Source: a virus (lineage: Duplodnaviria > Caudoviricetes). Taken from it: a DNA stretch of 39,265 nucleotides. The notes under the pieces were generated by a model. It had not been told where the DNA came from, made no database searches, and saw only the letters and a list, made by a program, of their open reading frames with translations. Positions 9,396 through 18,900 of this stretch are shown one piece after another (the stretch's first letter is position 1; each line of letters begins with the position of its first letter). Location: IMG/VR virus record IMGVR_UViG_3300030390_000257, positions 1 through 39,265 of that record; one strand, 5' to 3'. The position numbers and the translations under genes were made by a program.

Positions 9396-12300
9396 TTAGG
9401 CTGTTAACATCCCAGGTCCTGGAGTCAGGATTCCTGGGTTTTCTTCTTCTTCTTCACCGCCTATCATTCCTGCCATCAAGATAGCCATGATGGTTGCTAG
9501 TGGACTAGCGTATATTTTTATTGGAATGTTACTTTCGTTAAAATGCTTCTGCATAAACTTGAAGGTATTAGGCATATCCTTTTTCATAGCTTTAGGATTT
9601 ATTAGGTAGAACATAACAGGGTCAACGGCAAACTCACCGTCACCTTTCATGTAACCTTGGTACGCAGGGAATGAATTTTGTGCGTCTAGTAACGCCTGAC
9701 CTTTTGAGCCTTGGGGATTTTCATCACGGAACATTTCATAGGTTTGTCCTAGATTAAGGCGAGCAGGTCTTCCCGGTAAGTCAGGGCGATTTGCGATAAA
9801 AATAACAGTGCCATCCTGAAGCTTGTCTATCTCAGCTTGTATTACAGGGTCGCTACCATATTTACCACGTAGTTTTGCCCTTAGACTGTTTGTATAAACA
9901 TTCCTTTTGACATTCTCTGATTTAGGGTGCCTTCCTGATACTTTTCTACCGAACAGTAGCTCAGCTTCTTCATTACTCGCAGGTCGAGACTCTAAAGGGT
10001 GGGCACTTTCGTGGGCTGTTGTGTAAAGTAAGTCTGACTCTATACCATTCGCAAGTATCGCAATCTGTCCACTGACACCGCCTTTGTTAGAACCATATAA
10101 ACCGCGAGTGCCTTCAGTCACTGAGTATTTTTCCATGAATTCTTTTTGAGAATCAAAGATACCCATAGAGACATTCAGCATGTCTGCAAGCTGCTTAAAG
10201 TCTTCCATACTGGACAGACCATTTTCAAACTGAGTGCCAGGCTTACCAATGACCATCTGCACTGCACCCTTGGCATCCTCAAGTTTATCCTTGATTTGAC
10301 CAACGGTAGGTGAAGTGAAGTCGAATGGTATTTGTGGAGACTCAGGCTGCGTTAATGCTCCTGGTAATTTAGAAGCTACTAAATCAGAAGAATCTGTAAG
10401 CGATGAATCAAATTGAGCATTAACTGAACGTATGTCTGAAGGCTCAAATATTGCTACATGAGTAGATGGATCGTCTGCAAGACCTGCTGAATCATTTAGG
10501 TTAAGAAACTTCACGCCTTTAAGCCCATCGTATTTTGCAGACTTTAATTCTTCCGAAATTTCATCAGAAACACCAAAGTCATCAAACGAACGTCCTTTCA
10601 TGTCCAGTATTCTTAAAGAATTATCATTGGGTAAATAAACTGGTAATATGTTTTGTCCGTTTCTACGGTCTTTATCTAAACGATTTTCAAGTATTTCAGC
10701 ATCTTCTAAAAGCGAGTCATATTTATCATAATCGCCCTTAGCTTCAGCTTTATCAGCATCTCTAAGCAATTTTAGAACAGGAAGCCTAACCGCTGTATTC
10801 TGGGAATAACTTTGCGCTGTACGAGGACTGTCACTAAAGAAAAAAGCCTGTTTTGCAGACCTTGCTTGAGTACCCTCTCCAAGTTTATCTTTTGAAAATT
10901 CTTTAAATTCAGAAGCGGTACCATGATAATAAACAGTAGAAGTATCGTAACCCTGCTCTTCAGCTCTAGCTTTTCTATCAGCTACATTATTCCCACTAAA
11001 CGATGGCTCCATAGACTCATCGATTTCCATCGCATCATCCTGGGCTGCATCGCGTTCTTCTTTAGCTCCCTGCTGTGCCGCGACTCTCTGCAAGTATTGA
11101 CCGAGGTATTTCTCTGCGGTGGGACCAGGTACACCTTTCTCTTCCAGGCGCTTCTGCATTGCTTCTAGTCTGCCCACTGGGTTAAGACCCAGGTCTAACT
11201 GCATTTCTTGTAAAGTAGCTAGTAGGTGAGCCTTGTGTTGCACTTCTATAGTGTTGTCCTGGCTAACTGCCTCACTAATACGAGCTGCTTCTGCACGATT
11301 GTTGTCTATGCCGCGCTGATAGTTCTGTTCTTTTTGTGAGAGTTGCTGCTGAGCTGCTTGTTGCACTACGCCCTGGTTCCGAACACGGTTACCCATGAGC
11401 CCCTTGTAGACTGAGTTTCTATCTACGAACCCATTGATTTTACGGATAAGTGCAAAGTCTACTTGACCACCTGTAGCTACACTTGTCTCATAAGCTTCTA
11501 TCATGCGTAGAGTGGCAGCTTTTGTAGATGGATTGCGCTTCATGATTCTAATAATTTGAGCAATACCATTACGGTCTAAGGCTGTACCTAACTCAAAGAT
11601 TCCTTGAGGAGACTCTGGGTTCGCAGGGTCGTTATTCTGTGCAGATTCAAGAGAGGCTTCTCGCTCTTCCTGTGCCATTTGTTCCTGGCGTAGACGAGCT
11701 TCTTCTTCCTGTGCTGCGACTGCTTCCTGTGCTGCTATGTTCTGGCTGCGTAGACTCGTTGATTCGCTTGGCAAAGTTTGCCCTGGGTTACCCTGGTTAG
11801 TATCAACATATGCCTGGACCCGGCTGCGTCCTCCTCTTGCTTTGTCTATTAGTCTTCCACCGCCAAATATTACTGCTTGAGGAATTAAAGATAAACCTCC
11901 TGTTTGTGCAGCTGCTGCCGTTGAGAGAAGAGGTCGGAATACCTGCTCTGCGTTTGCTCTAGAAACATCATATCCCTCACCACCAAGACCTAATGGAGCA
12001 AGTTGGTCTGTAACGCGAGAAACACCCCCTTTGTAACCTTCAGAGTGAATGTCTGTTAGTTCATCAAGCTGTAACATTACATTAAGGGCTTTTGCCCCTT
12101 CATAGGTGTTCCCGGCAAGTTTTACAAAAGCTTGCTTTTCTCTACTGCCAACTTTATTTTTTACTTTTGTTCTTGCTTCATCTTGGGCAAGGTTTGCAAA
12201 TATTTTATCTTCAAGTTCTTTTAATGAATCTTGGTCTGTCACTGCAAGCAGAGGTTTTAAGTCTTTAATCCTAGCTTTTAGGTCTCCTACTAATCTTTTG

Positions 12301-13343
12301 TGTGCAAGATCGACAGCTTGTCTTGCTCCTTTTGTAGAAGTTCTGTCAATGTTAGTTAGGTCTAGGTTCTCTTCTTCTGCAATAGATGCCAATGTCTGAG
12401 CAAATGAGGCTTTCGCTTGCATTTCTTCTTCAGAGACATCTTCTGATTTAGCTTTACTGTTTCTATTTGTACCACGGACCAGGTTGGCTGCAGCTTTAAC
12501 TGTACCGACAGAAGTATCAACCATACCTGCTGAGGTACCACCGATAAGTCCTTCTGCTACTGCCTGGCGTGGGTCAACTTCAAGTCCTTTGTCAGTGTTA
12601 ACCGTAGAACCAACCTGCTCACCGACACTCTGGGTGCCTTCAGTCACGCCCTCTATAAGCATTCTCTTGATTTTTCCAGTTGCACCTGGAGCGATAGCGT
12701 TAAGCGCACCAACTCCTGCCGATGTACCTGTAGCGTAGGTCCAGTCCTCTTTGTTTGGAGTCTCTCTACCATTGTTCTTGGCTCTCTCTAGAGCAATAGG
12801 ACCAAGCTGCTGAGTAAACTCAAACAGCATAGGACCTGCAAGTCCTCCTGCAATTGCTCCAGGGACATTACCTACGGCACCACCTACTGCAGCACCCCCT
12901 GCTCTAGCTAAAAGTGAACCTGCAAATTGACCTGCTTGTTCAACGGCTGCTTTTGGTAAGTATCTGTAAGCAAAAGTACCGTCTTTATCAGCATTCATGA
13001 ATTGACCAGAAGCACTTTGCCCTGGGCGCTCATCAACAGCACCTTTTAAAGACTCACCAAGACCTTTAGCACCTAGAGCCTCCGCAGTTACACCCATGTT
13101 TTCTAAAGGTTGGTCGATACCACGCATAAATGCGTCACCGTAACCTTCAAATGCACCGTCTTTAGCTTTAGGCTGAGCAGTCTGATTACGTCGATGAGGA
13201 GCAATGCCTGAAGGACTAGCAGCTTGTGGAGCAACTTGGGAACTTTGCCGTTCACGTTTCAACATCTGACCTAAGCGTTGGGCTGCAGCAACATCACCTG
13301 CGTTATGGGCGTTAATAATGGCTTGTTGCAGCTGTGCAGACAT
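9396..13343 (-). CDS. Large internal virion/ejection protein with ART-PolyVal-like and HExxH domains
   Basis: 1315 aa, last of three ejection-type genes. Gly/Ala-rich hydrophobic segments, YYHGT...FFFSDS...PVYL...FEPSDIRSVNAQFD, and TAHESAH. Confidence 0.75.
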   Translation of the reverse strand: MSAQLQQAIINAHNAGDVAAAQRLGQMLKRERQSSQVAPQAASPSGIAPHRRNQTAQPKAKDGAFEGYGDAFMRGIDQPLENMGVTAEALGAKGLGESLKGAVDERPGQSASGQFMNADKDGTFAYRYLPKAAVEQAGQFAGSLLARAGGAAVGGAVGNVPGAIAGGLAGPMLFEFTQQLGPIALERAKNNGRETPNKEDWTYATGTSAGVGALNAIAPGATGKIKRMLIEGVTEGTQSVGEQVGSTVNTDKGLEVDPRQAVAEGLIGGTSAGMVDTSVGTVKAAANLVRGTNRNSKAKSEDVSEEEMQAKASFAQTLASIAEEENLDLTNIDRTSTKGARQAVDLAHKRLVGDLKARIKDLKPLLAVTDQDSLKELEDKIFANLAQDEARTKVKNKVGSREKQAFVKLAGNTYEGAKALNVMLQLDELTDIHSEGYKGGVSRVTDQLAPLGLGGEGYDVSRANAEQVFRPLLSTAAAAQTGGLSLIPQAVIFGGGRLIDKARGGRSRVQAYVDTNQGNPGQTLPSESTSLRSQNIAAQEAVAAQEEEARLRQEQMAQEEREASLESAQNNDPANPESPQGIFELGTALDRNGIAQIIRIMKRNPSTKAATLRMIEAYETSVATGGQVDFALIRKINGFVDRNSVYKGLMGNRVRNQGVVQQAAQQQLSQKEQNYQRGIDNNRAEAARISEAVSQDNTIEVQHKAHLLATLQEMQLDLGLNPVGRLEAMQKRLEEKGVPGPTAEKYLGQYLQRVAAQQGAKEERDAAQDDAMEIDESMEPSFSGNNVADRKARAEEQGYDTSTVYYHGTASEFKEFSKDKLGEGTQARSAKQAFFFSDSPRTAQSYSQNTAVRLPVLKLLRDADKAEAKGDYDKYDSLLEDAEILENRLDKDRRNGQNILPVYLPNDNSLRILDMKGRSFDDFGVSDEISEELKSAKYDGLKGVKFLNLNDSAGLADDPSTHVAIFEPSDIRSVNAQFDSSLTDSSDLVASKLPGALTQPESPQIPFDFTSPTVGQIKDKLEDAKGAVQMVIGKPGTQFENGLSSMEDFKQLADMLNVSMGIFDSQKEFMEKYSVTEGTRGLYGSNKGGVSGQIAILANGIESDLLYTTAHESAHPLESRPASNEEAELLFGRKVSGRHPKSENVKRNVYTNSLRAKLRGKYGSDPVIQAEIDKLQDGTVIFIANRPDLPGRPARLNLGQTYEMFRDENPQGSKGQALLDAQNSFPAYQGYMKGDGEFAVDPVMFYLINPKAMKKDMPNTFKFMQKHFNESNIPIKIYASPLATIMAILMAGMIGGEEEEENPGILTPGPGMLTA

Positions 13344-13379
13344 AAAGTTACCTTAAAATTAAGAGGACTAGGGACGTAC

Positions 13380-14648
13380 TTACTGTGAGTATTGGTCTAC
13401 AAGAGCTTGGTCTTCGGGGCTATAGTTAGATGCACTACCGCCACCTTGCATGGCTCGTAGCTTTCTCCTAACATTAATGGCAGCCTCTCTTTTCTTATAA
13501 ATCCAGTCTAACCAGACATCTTCGTCAGCACTCATACTTGGCATGGGGCGTTCAAAAGTTTCCATTTCCCTGTCAGAGATTGCACCCTTAGTCTTTGCCA
13601 CGTTCTTGAGAATTTCATCGACCTTAAATTGGTCCATAGCTAATCTGGTGTAGGCTTCCGGGTTACCTCTAAGGTTATCAATCCACTTGCCCATGAAACC
13701 ATCATAGGGGCCAGTTAACTCGTCACCTGCAGCAAAGACATCGGCATATAACCTGTCCATTTCTGCTATTGAAGAGTCGTAAGTTCCAATGATTTCATCG
13801 AACTCAGCTGACTGTTTCTGTTGAGCTTGCTGAACCTTTTGTTGTTCCTGGAGGCGTAAGTTCTCTTGCTCTCTTTCTATGTCTTTGATTTCACCAGTAA
13901 CAGTACCCATCGCTCCAACTTGAGCCATACCACCTTGGGAACCTGCGTTCATAATGGCACCACCGTAGCGACCCATTTTCTCTGCAAAAGACATACCTGA
14001 ATTTTTCTTAGCTGCAGCTAGTGTAGTTGAGTCTCTGCGTCCACCAGTCTGAGCTTCCGGGTCTCCGGTAACGGCCTGGCTTGCTGCTGCCAATCTTTGA
14101 CCTGCAGGAGTCTGAGCAAAAACTGCGCGTTCCTGGTCAGTCATTGGTGCCATAGGTATGCCCTCTCTTACAGGAGCAGGAACATTGTTGTTTTGTTCGT
14201 ACTCTTCATGAGTTGCACCAGGCATTACTGTGCCATCAGGCATAGTATGAGTCGGAGCTGCTTGTTGAGGAGCAGCTGCTTGTTGGGTAGCGGCTTCTAC
14301 TGGAGACTGCTGCTGCCCATACTGACCCATCATTCTATCGTTAGGACCACTGGTCATTTGACTTAAGATACCTTTAGCTCCGTCCATGAACCGTTGACCA
14401 GGCGTACCACCTTGTCTTGGGTTTACCTGGGTGCCTGGAGGGACAGCTGTGGTTGGCAAAGGGTTTCCATTTCCTGTTTCTCTCATGAGCGCAGGAGGTA
14501 CAATAGAACCACCTGGGACAGTATTTGTGGTCATACTTTGCTTCATTGCTAGTATCGGGTCAGGGCTTTTGTGTGCGTTTTTGAGTCTTTCCATCTTCTC
14601 AAAGTAGGCAGGAGTACCGTAAGGGGGATTATTATAATCTGGATACAT
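13380..14648 (-). CDS. Internal virion/ejection protein (middle)
   Basis: Low-complexity Gln/Pro/Gly N-terminus and a KGAISDRE motif. ATG 14648 has a GGAGG RBS (the ORF track starts at 14663). Confidence 0.65.
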   Translation of the reverse strand: MYPDYNNPPYGTPAYFEKMERLKNAHKSPDPILAMKQSMTTNTVPGGSIVPPALMRETGNGNPLPTTAVPPGTQVNPRQGGTPGQRFMDGAKGILSQMTSGPNDRMMGQYGQQQSPVEAATQQAAAPQQAAPTHTMPDGTVMPGATHEEYEQNNNVPAPVREGIPMAPMTDQERAVFAQTPAGQRLAAASQAVTGDPEAQTGGRRDSTTLAAAKKNSGMSFAEKMGRYGGAIMNAGSQGGMAQVGAMGTVTGEIKDIEREQENLRLQEQQKVQQAQQKQSAEFDEIIGTYDSSIAEMDRLYADVFAAGDELTGPYDGFMGKWIDNLRGNPEAYTRLAMDQFKVDEILKNVAKTKGAISDREMETFERPMPSMSADEDVWLDWIYKKREAAINVRRKLRAMQGGGSASNYSPEDQALVDQYSQ

Positions 14649-14649
14649 T

Positions 14650-15606
14650 TTAGCCACCTCCAAACATGTTCATACCGGCAGAGAAACCAGAACCCATGCC
14701 ACCCAGGGTTGACATTAAGGTATTGGGCTTCTCAGGAGTATTCCCTGGCGTAGTGTTGTAGACAGCATTATTTAAGATACCACCTTGATACTTAATGTTC
14801 TGGTCAAGAGCAAAGTCTCTCTGGTTTTCATAGCGGTTACGTTGGTCATTCAAGTAACCCTGCTGATAACCCATAAAGTTGTTTCCTGCACCTGTCATCA
14901 TGTTCCCGAACTGGTTCATTGCATTAATGCCCTGTCCATAACTTTGTTGAAGACCTTGGTTAGCTCTCATTTGGTCAGCAAACTGTTGGTTCTGTTGATT
15001 TATGGACTGACCCATGAGGTCACGCTGTATTCCTGCAGTGACATCGGCTTTTCTATCGTCATAACCACGGTTGGCAACAGCATCTGCCATTCCTGCTCTT
15101 GAGGAATTGATGTTTCCACCTCCAGAGGAAGCCATGTTGATTCCTGGAAGCGTCTGTTCTGTTAATTGTCTTTTGTCATCACGCATTGCTGCATTTACCA
15201 GACCACCGCTGTTTTCGATAGCGTAATCTTGGGCCTGCTGCATACGGTCTGCTCCACCTTTTTGGTAAAGGTCGGCATAATTGTTAGCAAAGCCTTGACC
15301 TTGCTGCATAACATCGAATGCACCCTGGCCCCCCATCGCTCCCATACCACCCATGTAGTGGTTACCTGCTTGGAAGTATGGATTTTGGTCTGCGTAGGTT
15401 TGACCTTGGTACGCGCCTTGGTCAAGAGAGTCGTTCAAAGCACCTTCAGCTCTGTCATAGCTCCTCTGGATATAGGGCTTGGAGAAGTTGTAACCTTCCA
15501 TCCTATCTGTGCGGTCTTGTTCAATACTCGACCTGCGCTCTTTTGCTGACTTACGTCCTGAAATACCGCCTATTGCAGAGCCTATGATTGCTGCTTCGAT
15601 GCCCAT
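14650..15606 (-). CDS. Internal virion/ejection protein (small, Gly/Gln-rich)
   Basis: 318 aa with a Gly/Ala hydrophobic N-terminus (MGIEAAIIGSAIGGI) and Gly-rich C-terminus, as in P22 gp7-type proteins. Confidence 0.65.
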   Translation of the reverse strand: MGIEAAIIGSAIGGISGRKSAKERRSSIEQDRTDRMEGYNFSKPYIQRSYDRAEGALNDSLDQGAYQGQTYADQNPYFQAGNHYMGGMGAMGGQGAFDVMQQGQGFANNYADLYQKGGADRMQQAQDYAIENSGGLVNAAMRDDKRQLTEQTLPGINMASSGGGNINSSRAGMADAVANRGYDDRKADVTAGIQRDLMGQSINQQNQQFADQMRANQGLQQSYGQGINAMNQFGNMMTGAGNNFMGYQQGYLNDQRNRYENQRDFALDQNIKYQGGILNNAVYNTTPGNTPEKPNTLMSTLGGMGSGFSAGMNMFGGG

Positions 15607-15607
15607 G

Positions 15608-15901
15608 TTATTTTTCCTGTGTTATGTAGATGTCTCTTTTACAATTGTCGAGACAAAGCCTGGTCTCTAGGTACTTAAAACCTAGCATGGTTATAAATTT
15701 GAGGTGCTTACTGTCGTGGCGTTCATGGATAGCAAACAGGGGTGATTGACGCAGTGCTGACAAAACTTTTAAGCCAGTCTGCAGGTCTGATTTGACTGAT
15801 TTGTTGTATCGGTAGACATCACAATGTAAAAACGTGGTGTCTCCGTGTTGGTCGTAATACGCTGTGAAATCATCAGTTTCTATCACTGGTGTTTTCATCA
15901 T
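15608..15901 (-). CDS. Small virion-assembly protein (acetyltransferase-like, T7 gp13/P22 gp14 position)
   Basis: 97 aa with a KFITMLGF motif, immediately before the ejection genes. Confidence 0.5.
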   Translation of the reverse strand: MMKTPVIETDDFTAYYDQHGDTTFLHCDVYRYNKSVKSDLQTGLKVLSALRQSPLFAIHERHDSKHLKFITMLGFKYLETRLCLDNCKRDIYITQEK

Positions 15902-15912
15902 AAGCCTCTCTT

Positions 15913-18900
15913 TTAAGCACCAGTTTGTACGCTTAACTGAGTCTCTAGATTGAAATTTGAAGTATTGAGAGTAGTAGCACTTAAAGTATAAGTAGTAGAC
16001 CCAGACCCATTGTCTGTGTCATACCAATTTGCACTGACATGACCGAATGCTAAAAAGGGTTCACCATGCTGAGAACTGCCGTTGGTAAAAATCCCAGTAA
16101 TTGTCCACGTTTTTATTGTAGTAGAGCCTCTTTTTAACGTCACTGTCGCAGGAAATGGATTTCCTGGCTCATAGGACGCTGCATTAAACTTTCTAGCTAA
16201 AGACCAGTTGACACCAATAGAAACAGTTGAGTTAGCTGTCCTAGTTACTGTTACAGAAGCATCTGTATTACCAGTTTGAGTGTCAACTACCACAGGGTCA
16301 GGAATTCCTGGTGCCCCTGTTACCACTAACTCCCCATTGACTACAGAAAGGAAAGAACCATCAAGCTTAATCCTGTCGGCACTTAGTTCCCCTGCGATTA
16401 TTGAGTCAGCAGTTAGCTTTACACCGCTACCAAGACTTACAACATTGTTAGAGTAGGTGAAAGCGGCAAGTCCAGACTGATTGGCACCTCCAGTTGGGTC
16501 TATGAGCTTAAACTCATTAGCCATAATTTTAAAAGAGCCAGTAGTACCATCATTATTCTGCTCAAAGCCAGTGACATAGCCATTAACATTTAGCTTCACG
16601 CCATACTTGGCTTCTAAAGTTGCAATTCCGTTAGCCGCGGTAGTATCGGCAGAGGCTCTTGTAGAGGCTTCTGTTGTTACCGCTGCGGATACACCGTTTA
16701 CTGTAGAAGTTAAACTCGTAATGTCACTTGCTAAAGAAGTATCAGCGTTTGTTCTTGCTGTAGTTTCAGCTACAACAGCCGCTGTGTTCTCACCTACAGT
16801 TGTAGTCAACGCTGTAATGTCTGAGGCCAAAGAAGTATCAGCGTTTGTTCTTGCTGTAGTTTCAGCTACAACAGCCGCTGTGTTCTCACCTACAGTAGTA
16901 CTTAGAGCCGTTATGTCTGACGCTAGAGAGGTATCTGCATTAGTTCTTGCTGTAGTTTCAGCTACAACAGCCGCAGTGTTCTCGCCTACAGTTGTAGTCA
17001 AGGCAGTTACATCACTAGCTATAGAAGAATCTGCTGTAGTTCTTGCTGAAGTCTCCGCTACGATTGCAGCAGCATTTTCACCTACGGTTGTAGTCAAGGC
17101 AGTTATGTCTGAGGCCAAAGAAGAATCAGCATTAGTTCTTGCTGTTTGCTCACTAGTGATTGCTGAAGTATTCGTCCCTACTGTAGTAGCCAAACTTGTA
17201 ATGTCTGAAGCCAATGAAGTATCGGCATTGGTTCTTGCTGTGGATTCGCTCACTACTGCTGCTGTGTTCTCCCCCACAGTAGTAGTCAATGCCGTTATGT
17301 CAGAAGCAATTGAGTTGTCGGCAGTCGTTCTAGCTGAAGTCTCTGCCACTATTGCTGAAGTATTCGTCCCTACTGTAGCGGTAAGGCTCGTAATACTGGC
17401 CGCTAATGAAGTATCTGCATTTGCCCTAGCATTAGATTCAGTTTGAATAGCCGCAGTGTTTGTACCTACTGTAGCTGCTAGTCCAGTAATGTCTGTGGCA
17501 AGCGCAGAATCTGCGGTAGTCCTGGCTGTAGATTCACTGGTTATAGCCGCTGTGTTATTACCTACTGTAGTAGTTAAGGCTGTAATATCAGAAGCTAAGG
17601 AAGTGTCTTCGGTAGTCCTAGCAGAAGTCTCTGCCACAATTGCTGCTGTGTTATTTCCTACAGTAGTAACTAAAGCAGTCACGTCTGACGCAATACTAGC
17701 GTCTGCTGTAGTCCTTGCACTAGATTCGCTACTAATAGCTGCTGTGTTGTTCCCTACTGTGGTAGTCAGAGATGTAATGTCACTAGCGAGTGAACTATCT
17801 GCTGTGGTACGTGCTGAAGTTTCACTCACGATTGCTGCTGTGTTATTACCGACAGTTGTCGTGAGTGCCGTAATGTCACTAGCTATAGAAGAGTCAGCAC
17901 TAGACCTTGCTGAAGTCTCAGCCACTATCGCTGAAGTATTACTGCCCACAGTCGTTGTTAACGCTGTTAAATCTGAGGCAATACTAGAGTCTGCGGTAGA
18001 ACGTGCGGTGCTTTCGCTAGTGATAGCCGCAGTGTTGCCACTGACCGTAGTTGCCAGGGATGTAATGTCACTAGCAAGGGAAGTGTCTGCTGTAGTTCTA
18101 GCGGTAGTCTCTGCTACCACAGCCGCAGTATTTGTCCCGACTGTAGCAGTCAAAGCTGTGATGTCGGATGCCAAAGAAGTATCTGCTGTAGTTCTAGCAG
18201 AAGACTCTGAAGTTATTGCAGCAGTATTAGTACCTACAGTGGTAGTCAGCGCAGTAATATCTGAAGCTAAAGAAGTATCTGCTGTTGTTCTAGCAGAAGA
18301 CTCTGAAGTAATAGCTGCGGTGTTGTTCCCTACAGTTGTAGTTAAGGACGTAATATCTGAAGCTAGGGAGGTATCTGCTGTAGTCCTAGCTGTAGTTTCT
18401 GCCAGAACAGCGGCTGTGTTATTTCCAACTGTTGTAGTCAAAGCTGTAATATCAGAAGCTATTGAGGTATCAGCATTCGCCCTAGCTGTAGTTTCTGAGA
18501 CTATCGCTGCTGCATTAGTTCCTACGGTAGCGGTAAGTGCTGTAATGTCTGACGCTAAAGAAGTATCGGCAGTAGCTCTTGCTGTTTGTTCGCTACTGAT
18601 AGCTGAAGTATTACCACTGACCGTAGCAGTCAAAGCGGTTACTGTGTTAGCAATAGCAGTATCTTCTGTAGCCCGAACACTAGACTCTGTTGCAATAGCT
18701 GCGGCATTGACTTGGGTAGCATTGTTTCCTGCCGCATTATTTACAGTAGCAATCATATTGTTGACTTGCGTAGTCAATGCACTTACGTCATTAGTTCTAG
18801 CGGTAGTCTCTGCTGATATAGACGCAGTATTAGCGCCAGTAGTTGTTTGTATAGCAGTTAAGCGAGTACCAAGAGATTCTGTTGCGCTTACTTGAGTTGT

